Shown here: positions 35,681 through 45,966 of the stretch, one piece after another | How the letters are laid out: each line of letters begins with the position of its first letter | Numbering within the stretch: the first letter of the stretch is position 1 | Source: Massalongia carnosa | Taxonomy: Eukaryota | Direction of reading: 5' to 3' | Length of the DNA: 64,000 nucleotides | Assembly: GCA_965645245.1 (NCBI GenBank) | Contig: OZ287072.1 | Span: forward strand, 620,001-684,000 | The notes under the pieces: model-generated | Database searches by the model: none | The model's input: only the letters and a program-made list of their open reading frames with translations | Told to the model about the DNA's origin: nothing | Program-made: the position numbers and the translations under genes

Positions 35681-38600
35681 AGGACATAAACTCCATTAAC
35701 ATACTACAGTACAACGTCAGAAATGATCGAGTAAGCACAATGATTCCACTTTTGGCAGATTTAAACACGCAGGACTACGATGTTATAGCAATACAGGAAC
35801 CGTGGCGGAGCACGCACGCTCCCACAACGCTCAGCTCACATCAAAGTGGATTTCACCTCCTGTATCGTCCCGGCGGTGACACACGCGTATGTTTTTACGT
35901 TAACGAGAAAATAGACCCGGAAAGCTGGGAAGTAGAATTCCCTACCGCAGATCTATGCACGTTGAAATTGAACGTGTGTACCGATGGGGTTACAAAAGTG
36001 CTGCACATTCATAACGTGTACAACCCGTCCCCGTCCTCTTATTCATCCACAGACAGCCCGTCCACACTCCCCGTCGTACGCCAGCAGCTTGCCGCAGACG
36101 CACAGCACGTTCTTCTCGGCGACTTCAATCTTCACCACCCCTTTTGGAATGGAATCACAAGGCCAACACAACACGCAGCCGCAGATCAGTTATTGAATAT
36201 AGTAGAAGAATTTGACCTCTCACTGACGCTGCTTAAAGGAACCGTCACGTGGGAGGCCCGGAACTCTTTTAGCACTATAGATCTAGTATTCATGTCGGAA
36301 TTTCTGGCGGAAAGACTGGAACACTGCATGTCAAGACCGGAAATGAATCAATCCTCTGATCACATTCCGATATCCACTCGCATTCTTCTCGGGAGTGAAC
36401 AGCTAACGAAAGTAAAGCGCAGAGCATGGAAGCTGCTGAACATGGAGAAATTGAGGGAGGCTGAAAGCAACGCCCCGCCCGTGACCCACCCCCGCTCAAC
36501 CGCAGAAATAGATCAGTACGCCCAGACAATTCAAGAGTTCCTGCAGAAAATCATAACCGCCTCCGTCCCCTGGGCCAGACCCAGCGAATATGCGAAACCT
36601 TTTTGGAACGAAGAATGCAACCGCGCCACCCGCGAGACTCGCAAATTGCGCCGCTTCTGGTCGTCATCGCGCCACTTAGACGACTGGAAGGCATATATGA
36701 AGTCCAACGACAAGAAGCAAAAGATAATCCAAAAAGCAAAAACGCTCTCATTTCGCAAAGAGATAAGCAAAGCCACCGAGTCGCCGTTGGGCATATGGAA
36801 GCTAGCAAGATGGGCAAAAGACAAGAGTCAGAAGCCCCGCGAGATACCGAAAATGCCGCCATTGAGGCACGAAGGGCAAACAGCGGAGACGTTCGAAGAA
36901 AAAGCGGAAATGCTGAAAGCCAAATTCTTTCCCCCCCCCCCGCCGGCCGACTTGAGCGACATACCCGGGTCGTTCTACCCCGCCGCCGCGGATTGCCCCA
37001 TGACAACCACAAATGACGAAGTGATCGCAAACATACAACGTCTTAAGTCCGACAAGGCTCCGGGCCCTGACGGGATCACCAACAGAATTCTCAAGGCATG
37101 CTCCACAAAGCTAGCAGAGTTGCTAACCCCTTTATTTCAGGCTTGCGTCACGCATGCGTATCATCCCCGCGAGTTCAAAAGAGCAAACACGATCGCGCTC
37201 AGAAAACCGGGAAAGAAAGACAATACCAGTCCAAAGGCATACAGACCCATAGCTTTACTGAACACAATGGGTAAGGTATTAGAAGCAGTCATCGCAAGGA
37301 AGATCACTCATATAGCGGAACAGCACCGGCTCCTGCCGGACACACAAATGGGCGCTCGGCGTGGCCGATCTACCGAGTCTGCGCTCGAACTCCTCACCGA
37401 ACAGGTACACACTGTATGGGGACAAGGCAACAACAAGGTGGCAACTCTCCTCAGCATGGATGTAGCAGGCGCATTCGACACAGTGTCTCATCGCAGGCTG
37501 ATACACAATCTGCGAAAAAGGAAAATCCCGAAATGGATCACAGACTGGACGGCAAGCTTTCTGAAGGAAAGAAGAACCACACTAACGATAAACCGGCGAG
37601 TAACCGAGGAGTTCGCGGTGCGCACGGGCATTCCTCAAGGCTCACCCATTTCCCCTATTCTCTACCTGTTCTACAATGCGGACCTTTTAGAGATATGCGA
37701 GAGACCCGGCACAAACACGAGCGCGCTAGGATTTGTAGACGACGTAAATGTGTTGGCATACGGCAAGAGCACGGAAGAAAACTGCAGAACCCTCGAAAGA
37801 ATTCACAGAAAATGCGAACTATGGGCGGCACGCCACGGGTCCGTATTTGCACCGGATAAATATGAGCTCATTCATTTGTCCAGAAATCCAAAGAAATTCG
37901 ACATGTCGGCTACTATTCAAATAGAAAACAACCTAATAGAACCGAAAACGGACATACGAGTTCTGGGCCTCCAAATCGACACCAAATTGAAATGGGGAGC
38001 CCACATACGGAAAACACAGGAAAAGATGACGTCGCAGTCGCTGGCGCTCACAAAAATTTCGACATCCACCTGGGGAGCTTCTTTCGCGAAGGCCCGGCAG
38101 GTTTACACCGCCGTCGTTCGCCCGGCAATGACTTATGGAAGCACCGTGTGGCACACACCCAGGGAAATCAAGAAAAACAAGGCCACGACGTCCAAACTCA
38201 GCGTCATGCAGAACAAATGCTTACGCACCGTGACAGGGGCGTTCAAGGCAACACCCGTCGAAGTTCTCGAAGCGGAAACGTTCATCGCCCCCATGGAGTT
38301 GCATCTGGACAATCTACAGATAAAAGCAAGGTATCGTCTACGGGCCGCAGGGCAGGCGAAACTGATTTCCAAAGCCTGCAACACAATAGCGAACAAGCTA
38401 CGGGGTAAGGCAGGACGCAAAAGAACGCAACACCTCACCCCAGGAGAGTTGAAATACGAATGGGCCAGCAAAATGTTGAATAACGAGGCACCAGTCACAA
38501 TGCCCCCATCGCCCCCGCCCTGGTCCACACCCGACCCGGCGCACCTCGAAAAATGCACCACGACACGCCATACCATAGAGAAACACACAAAGGCCACCAC

Positions 38601-39036
38601 AGAACGCATCAAGGAACGCTGGGACTCCAAATGGAAGACGTACCAGAACCGCATTCCCCGCCCGACAGAGGCACAGTTGGGATCTCTCAGTAGGACGAGA
38701 CTGAAGATTCACAACAACCTGATGAAAGCGGAAAGCGCGCTAACCACGCAAATCCGCACCGAAAAAATAGGCTTGGCAAACTTCCTGTTCAATCGTCGGG
38801 TACCGGGCGTTATGACCCCGGCCTGCTCGTGCGGATGGCAGAAGCAGACAGCCAAACACATCATTCTACATTGCAGGCTAATCGACGGCAGATACGAAGT
38901 GCTAAAACAAATAGGCACCAACGACTATCGAACGATCATGAGCTCGTCGAAAATGTTGAAAAAACTAACCACATGGATAATAAAAGCAAATTTGCTGACC
39001 CAATTTTCACTAGCGTCGCAACTGTTATACGAGTGA
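35677..39036 (+). CDS. LINE ORF2: APE endonuclease-reverse transcriptase, 1119 aa, intact
   Basis: IQEPW, GDFNLHH, SDH, KAPGPDG, YRPIALL, PQGSPIS, FVDD and C-terminal CSCG..QTAKHIILHC. No RNase H recognised. Confidence 0.96.
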   Translation: MKDINSINILQYNVRNDRVSTMIPLLADLNTQDYDVIAIQEPWRSTHAPTTLSSHQSGFHLLYRPGGDTRVCFYVNEKIDPESWEVEFPTADLCTLKLNVCTDGVTKVLHIHNVYNPSPSSYSSTDSPSTLPVVRQQLAADAQHVLLGDFNLHHPFWNGITRPTQHAAADQLLNIVEEFDLSLTLLKGTVTWEARNSFSTIDLVFMSEFLAERLEHCMSRPEMNQSSDHIPISTRILLGSEQLTKVKRRAWKLLNMEKLREAESNAPPVTHPRSTAEIDQYAQTIQEFLQKIITASVPWARPSEYAKPFWNEECNRATRETRKLRRFWSSSRHLDDWKAYMKSNDKKQKIIQKAKTLSFRKEISKATESPLGIWKLARWAKDKSQKPREIPKMPPLRHEGQTAETFEEKAEMLKAKFFPPPPPADLSDIPGSFYPAAADCPMTTTNDEVIANIQRLKSDKAPGPDGITNRILKACSTKLAELLTPLFQACVTHAYHPREFKRANTIALRKPGKKDNTSPKAYRPIALLNTMGKVLEAVIARKITHIAEQHRLLPDTQMGARRGRSTESALELLTEQVHTVWGQGNNKVATLLSMDVAGAFDTVSHRRLIHNLRKRKIPKWITDWTASFLKERRTTLTINRRVTEEFAVRTGIPQGSPISPILYLFYNADLLEICERPGTNTSALGFVDDVNVLAYGKSTEENCRTLERIHRKCELWAARHGSVFAPDKYELIHLSRNPKKFDMSATIQIENNLIEPKTDIRVLGLQIDTKLKWGAHIRKTQEKMTSQSLALTKISTSTWGASFAKARQVYTAVVRPAMTYGSTVWHTPREIKKNKATTSKLSVMQNKCLRTVTGAFKATPVEVLEAETFIAPMELHLDNLQIKARYRLRAAGQAKLISKACNTIANKLRGKAGRKRTQHLTPGELKYEWASKMLNNEAPVTMPPSPPPWSTPDPAHLEKCTTTRHTIEKHTKATTERIKERWDSKWKTYQNRIPRPTEAQLGSLSRTRLKIHNNLMKAESALTTQIRTEKIGLANFLFNRRVPGVMTPACSCGWQKQTAKHIILHCRLIDGRYEVLKQIGTNDYRTIMSSSKMLKKLTTWIIKANLLTQFSLASQLLYE

Positions 39037-42000
39037 TAACTCTCATTTTGTCAAGGATTTCACAGAACATCGAGCGAAGAATGCAGTCCAGAAACGGAAC
39101 ACGTTTGGGATAATGGCGCAGTCTGCATGGTTTTTATCCCTTTAAAAGGTTTTCCCTGTAAGAATAAGTAGATAGCCCGCATGGGCCGGCCTTCGGCCGG
39201 TGTCAGATCGGTACAAGAATCAATCATCATCATCATCATCATTCAAAGTGGTAACAACAAGGTCGAAACTTCAGCTTTTGATGTTTGTTTTATTATCAAA
39301 TTTTCTATAATATATTTTATATAATAATGGGTGATTCACGAACAGTAAATCATACAATAGCTGCAAGATTACAGGCTCTTTCTTTGGTTGAACATGGAGT
39401 TGGAATAGATGCAGCTGCTACAGCCTCCGGTATGACTTCTATAACCGTCAGACGTCTGAGAAAAAAAGCTAGAGAACGAGGTTTTGATCCGGAGGTCTCT
39501 TCTGTTATGAAAGAAGAATATGTCAAAGACGCACCTCATTCAGGTCGTCCACCGAAGGTGACTTCGGAGGTTGAATCTGACATTTTGACAACAGTTTGAA
39601 AAGACGCAAATGGTCAAGAAAAACCAGCCGCAGTGCTTGCATATGAGCACAATGTCTCCGCAACAACTATTCTTCGAGTTCTAAAACGCAATCGTTTGCG
39701 ATGGCGTAAACAACTAAAAAACCCGGTCTCACTCCTGCAATGATGGAGGCTCGATATCAGTTCGCCTTGCGACATGAACACTGGACGATCGAAGACTGGA
39801 AGAAGGTCACTTGGACCGACGAAACAAGCGTTTTTTTGGGCACTCGTCGAGCATGCATACGAGTATGGCGCGATTCAACCGAATCGTACAATAAAACTTG
39901 CGTTCGTCGACGATGGAAAGAATATTCGTAGTTCATGTTTTGGGGTTCTTTTAGTTATGATAAGAAAGGTCCTATGCACATTTGAAAAGACGAGACCGCT
40001 GCTGAAAAGAAGGATGCAATTGAGCATTTAAAACGACTCAACGACATTTCAGAACCTGCAGCGAAAGAAGAATGGGAATTAACCAACGGAATAAGACGAA
40101 TGGGACTACAAAATCCTGGAGGTCGAAAGCCCACTTGGACATGGAACAAGGCTCACGGTAAAATGGAGCGAGATGGGAAAGGAAAAATTGACTGGTATCG
40201 CTATCAAATTCATATATTAATTCCCAAATTGATTCCCTTCGCTCTTCACTGCATGATAAATCGTCCGGACACTTTGATACAGGAAGACAAGGCTCCCAGT
40301 CATGCTTGTAAGCATCAGGATCAGATATTTATGAATGCAGGAGTTATGCGCTTGATTTGGCCCGGAAATTCTCCTGATCTCAATATGATCGAGACTTATT
40401 GGGCCTGGATGAAGCGACAAACCACCCGAAGAGGCTGTCCGACGAACAGAATCATTATGGAAAAGGTTTGGACTCGGTACTGGAAAAAGACATTGACTCA
40501 GAAACGTATACAGCACTGGATTGAGCGCATACCTCGTCATATTCAGCAGGTTATAGCTTTAGAGGGTGGGAATCAGTATCGCGAAGGTTCCACCGAAGCA
40601 GAAAGCGGAGTTCGTCTTTATATCAGTGAAGAACGAAAAGAACGATATGATCGAGGTCGACGAGGCCTTCGAGCTGGTGATAATAGTAATAATAGTAGCG
40701 ATGACGAGGTGGATGACTAGAAATTCCAGAATTCGGCACTATAACCTGCCAAGACACTAGTATTAGCTTTACATTAGCGTATTATCAAGACTTTCGGTGT
40801 CAACCTCTGTACTAATGGAGCACTGCTTCCCATCTTGCTCCCTGAAAATTCGAGTCGTCGCCTCTGTAGTCAATATTTCTATCACTAGCTCCATCTTGTC
40901 TCGGTCTAGAAGTGGAAGCGTTGCCACAGTTCTTTTGGGTGAGATGTTCAAAGACCTCGTCAGACCTTCCAATTTCGTGTTCAACACTCGATCTCGCTCT
41001 CTGCGACTCTTGTACTTCTTCAGAACTGAACAGCAATCCCTCGAAAGATAGGAGAGTATCGTCATTCTTGTAATCGTCATCAGTATTGATTTCGTTTGAG
41101 GGACCTGAAGTCGTTGATTAACGTTAATCAAACTTAAAGAAGGCGAGACTTACATTTAGTGTGCAACTCAACATTTTTAGAATCTAGTACTGACGCGGGG
41201 GATGGATGAAAAGACTTCTCTAGTGACGAATTAGCCAGATCAAAATATTCAATCAGATCAAAGTCTTCGAGTCTACTTTTCAGGCTGTTGCTCGGTTCAC
41301 AGGCCACAGGATTGTCGCGCTTCTTGCTGAAGTTGCGAATCTTGAAGTTAGACGCGGATGAACGCCGTTTATCAGGCCGACGTATCTTGTTCGAAGGTTG
41401 ATAGAAATGAATGAATTTCATTGCGATCAAAGGCTATTGTAGGATGATTATGCAAGATGAACGAAGAGTAATAAATAGACTGAGCTTTTTTTCGAGCGGT
41501 CCGAGGAAGAAATCTAAGACTAATGAAGAGAGGGCGAGAGATGAGATTTATGTACCCAGAGACTGTTAAACCATCTACTGCGCCCCCGACAGACGTCCAT
41601 ATTCGATCGAACACGTCAGCCGCAGCGGCCTGGATCTTCGAGCTGAGACTGGCATGACGAATCGACTGTACCACACACTTCACGATGCTCGGCGAGAATG
41701 AGATCCATGTCTCGAGGCCCAGTCTCGATGGCGCATTCCTGACTTCTCTCCCCTCTCGACATCCAATCATCCCTTGTTCCTCCTTGACCTTGTGCCTCGA
41801 TCAAGCTCCATCGCAATAGCCAGTTGAAAAATTGCAGCGTTTTGCCTTGCAAAACGCCTCGCTGAATAACTAACAACGCTCTCGCAGCGCTAATCTTCGC
41901 CTTTCCGAGGCTGATCGCTGCTGATCTATCTGCTGCATGGCTCAGCATTTGCACAACTGAAACCTTCAACGTTACAAGCTCGAGAATGATCCCAGTAATC

Positions 42001-45000
42001 AGCGCTAGTGAGGAATGCTGAGAATTGCCGACAAACGAAAGCGTCACACACCTGTGAACAGGAACCTGAATCGCCGATTCATGCATCGTCGGGCAGTGCA
42101 CATGTACGTTCTCACGATTGAGCAACTGCCACGTCAGCAATGGCTGAGGCCTGAAACCCGGCTGAGCAGTTCTGAACGACGGTGCCCAATAACCGTCCAC
42201 AGTAGACCCACGCCGAAGACGTCACTCGACCGCGAGCAATATTGGGGGGCCCTTCGCCGACGGCGCAGTCAGAAGACGCTCCATCAGTGCAGCGTGAGGC
42301 ATTTATTCGACTGGTTTTGGGGGCACACGCGCAGCAGTTTTGGGCAGGATCCACAATATTAGCGCTCTGGCCGTGTCTGGCAATCTTCGATTAATCGTAC
42401 ACGTAAGATGGCTAACAGGCTGGCAGGCAGTCATGCAGTTAGATCGAAGCTAGGAAGAAAAGGGGAAATGTCGAGCAAGGACGAGGTATCAGAAAGGTTG
42501 ACAGCGTTCGAAAGCCAGCAGATACGAGGCCTGCGAAGGGCCATGATTCAGAAAGGCGAGTACGCATCATCAAGAGCGAGAGGATTTCTAAACAGGAGAG
42601 GGGCCGAAGTGCGAGCAAGTAGTCGCAGCTTTTGTCTGTAAAGCGATAGTTCAAGTCTTCGGCGTTGCCTAGATATGGTGGGAGGCCAAAGCGAGGGTGC
42701 CAGGACGGCAAGGAAGAGCCTGCAAGTTGACCGAGCCAGTGAGTCAACACGACGGATGGAAGGAATGAAAATGAAAGTTGAACGAGAGAGGAGGGCAGGC
42801 CGGTATTTATGCGATGGGAAAGCAGCGAGGGGCTGTGCCGACGCGCGTTGCCCGATCGGGGGGGCGCCAAACTCGACGGGGCATACACCACTATGCAAAT
42901 AACACTTGATATTTAGTCTAATAGAAGCATCAGGTTTCACAACTGCGTCAGTATTAACTAGTTCTTCGCTTAATCACTTGAGATTTGAGGAAATCACCGG
43001 AACTTCATCATTGTACTCCGTACTTGGAAGAACAATCTGTATGTGGGTTGGGTTCGTCATTCCGATCATATCGCATTAGACCGGCCGCAGTTCTGCCGTC
43101 TTTCAGACCAACATTTCTCTGGATGGCCCGGTTTCGAGCCATTCCGTCGTGGCGTTTTCACTGGGAGCTATACCACGACCGGTTAATAAATTCATCACTC
43201 TGTCTACTGTGTAGATCATCCGCCATCCTCCATCAAAGCCTGACAATATCTCTACGACTTCGCCATCTTCATGATCAGCTTCTTGCTGCCTTCTGGCTAC
43301 ATTAACTATTCCTGCTGAAGGGAGATTCGGCGCACCTATCGCGCTCTCGAAGCCTGAGCCAATTCTTGGTTTCCACAGTCGCACGCACGCACTCGATCTG
43401 GCGTAGCCTACTACCTTCGACAGATTGCCCCTTGCTTTTCATGGCAGTTAGCTGTACACCGAACACTGTTGCCTTTACTCTGCTCGGCTGCTTTTGGGAG
43501 CCGGGTGTGAAATGTAGTCTTGCTAGAGATTGACTACATCCCATTTTGCAAGAGGTGATTCCTAGTCTCATATGATAGACCTGAGGACTACCGTACTTAA
43601 GGTTCAACTGCACGCTCTGTGGCCACCAGCTTATCTATGATTATCGGATTTGGCGAGGCAGGAATGGATAATTACTGAATGACCAAGGATGTGAACCGTG
43701 GCCAGCTTCTATGCGAGTTCAATTTCTTACTCGAAATACCATCCTGTTATGCCGACTCCTCTCAGGGTTTCATCATTGCTAGAAGACATTCTACTAAGTC
43801 TTGATTGGTATCATTGGAACTCCCTTGCAACGGAAAGTTAGCTCGATCAGCCACTCGAAAATTTTTCAGATAGACTCTGTCAGATGGTACAAAGCCGGAA
43901 GAGTTGGATTTATTGAAGCACGAATGGCTCGATGGTCTCTTTGATGAAGCGGAGAGGGAAGATGAAGACGTCGAGGTAGTGTCTATGTCGTCTATCTAAA
44001 CAAAGAGAACATGAGCATCTACCTCATAGGTTCGGACTCGTTGTGAAGCTGGATAAATGATGCATAACTAACTGCATCTAAAACCAAGTTAAGTTAGTGA
44101 GTCCCCGCGTTGTCCCTGATCCAACCATCGGGTTCAGTTCCTGAGGGATCGCTATTCAGATAAGCTTTACAGTCGCCACAAATTCTTCATTATCCCTCTG
44201 CCTGACAGATCTTCAATTATTTACAAGAATCTGAGACTGTATAATCTTCATATGCGTATTCACCGTCCAAATGATTGCATATCGCACAGGACTAGAGCGA
44301 CCTGATGAAGGCGAACGCTGAGAGGGTTTAGCACTAGGAACAACCCTGAGAGATATTTTTTTACCATATTAGATGATTTATGGTATTCTGCTTTTGGTGA
44401 GTCTCGATTGAGCAAGGTTGTACAGCTTGTCAAGTCGAGATCAGGATATAGAGAATTCTAGATCGTGATTGGAGGTTTGAGACATTGAATGTACCATTGG
44501 CCTGGCACTCATGTCCTAGGATCTACTTTGTATGCGCGGTCTTGATTGATTTCCTTGCAGCTGTGAGGGCGCAAGCGTCTAGGAGGTGACGGAGAGAAAC
44601 GGTGAGACTCGTTGAGAGGCTCAGGAACGAAGGATCAGATAGAGATTGGAAAGAAACACAAAGTAAAGTACAACTTCAAATCGGCAAAAAACTGTGGTGC
44701 GCTGTGTATCTAGATAAAAACCGGTTGTAATGTGACCATAGGCAAGAGACGAGACTTTTCATTGTGTAATTACATAGTCATTAATACTTGAAAGACTTCG
44801 TAGAAATCATTTACTTAAGATAGAAGACTAGATCAAAGACGTAATTGAAACTTCCCTGACAAATGCGGTCGAAGTAAAGAAGTCAAAAGCGAAACCGATA
44901 AGAGAAGACGGAAAATGAACCCCCTCCTTGCATACGCAATGCTTAGCCTTAATTCTAGCCTTTTCACCTTCAGCTTGGATTAAAATAGGTTGGCCACCGT

Positions 45001-45360
45001 AACTGAAACCGGGGGGGAGGAAATCGTATGTTCGACTATAGGGGTATCTACTCTATGCTTTCCCTATCGTTGACAAGATCAAGCCCAACAGCGGCAATTC
45101 TATGTTGAGGTTTTTTGGGCGGGAAAAGAGTCAAGTAGTAATACTGGGGTTCTTCAAACTTGTGTCTATAGAAGATGGGTATGCATCCCAACCATTTGCA
45201 GCATTAGGCTAAATAGTCTTCGGTGCTCTAGTTTTTTTATTTTAAAACAATGGGAGAAAATCCATCTACGCTCAAAAGACCACCTTTCCAACAGGCCGAC
45301 AACCTCAAGAGAACCTGAAGGATAACTGCGTAACGCAGTGCAATTATTACCTGATCCCCA

Positions 45361-45966
45361 TCACAGTACAAATGGTATTAACTCCTCAATCGTAGGAAGC
45401 ACCTCGGGTAACTCAGGAATAATAATATTCCAATTATTGTTTATGCTGGTGGCATACACAGGGACGCAACGCTCCCCAATGTTCTGTTCGACGCTTTCGC
45501 AGCAAAAGAAGTACTGCTCCAAATCGCACCATCCGGCAATATCATCGTGGTAATAAACACAAAAGTTGAAATCCTTTTCATAGCAGCATGAAAGCTTGTG
45601 CGGCCCACAATCGGGAAGGTCCGGATCTGTCCAATCTGCACCCCCGCCGCCGCCATTGTTGTTGTTATTTCCAGGGTTTTCTTTAAACGCTAGAGTTATC
45701 GGTTCTTTCATCACCTGTACGCCACCATCGCCGAAGCTAGGATTGCGAATTCTGTGAGATGCTCCTGAACGATTGGTGTCAACAAAGATGAGATTTGCAG
45801 CAGGTAGGTCTTGTGATATACCTATGCCCGAGAGACCACTGTTTATATTGGCAATTGCTTCTGGATCGCTCGCCTCAACATGCCCTTTACTCAGAGAACT
45901 ATCTCCCAGTGGTTGGGAAGAGTAGACGACAACAATGAAATACAGCAAAAGACTGAGAGAGCGCAT
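45361..45966 (-). CDS. Small secreted cysteine-rich protein, 201 aa (effector-like)
   Basis: Signal peptide MRSLSLLLYFIVVVYS, N/G-rich linker, and a C-terminal domain with 8 Cys (C-CC-C-C-CC-C). Confidence 0.7.
   Translation of the reverse strand: MRSLSLLLYFIVVVYSSQPLGDSSLSKGHVEASDPEAIANINSGLSGIGISQDLPAANLIFVDTNRSGASHRIRNPSFGDGGVQVMKEPITLAFKENPGNNNNNGGGGGADWTDPDLPDCGPHKLSCCYEKDFNFCVYYHDDIAGWCDLEQYFFCCESVEQNIGERCVPVYATSINNNWNIIIPELPEVLPTIEELIPFVL

Larger units (their letters stand above)
34029..39237 (+). mobile_element. Tad1-clade LINE, near full length and potentially active
   Basis: TSD ATCATTCAAAGTG at 34016-34028 and 39238-39250 (first bases ambiguous with the tail); (CAT)n tail; ORF1 plus intact ORF2. 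Confidence 0.95.
31166..40809 (+). mobile_element. Tc1-like (DD34E) transposon hosting nested insertions; transposase pseudogene at 39327-40720
   Basis: TIR CAGAGGTTGACACCGAAAGTC(C/T)TGATAATACGCTAATG at 31166 (split by pogo) and 40772-40809. TA at 31164-65 and 40810-11. WTDET / QEDKAPSH / SPDLNMIE motifs with internal stops. Confidence 0.9.

Noticed and set aside
41134..43613. Cluster of overlapping 100-190 aa ORFs
   Set aside because: No recognisable motifs and frames broken by stops; treated as degraded sequence.
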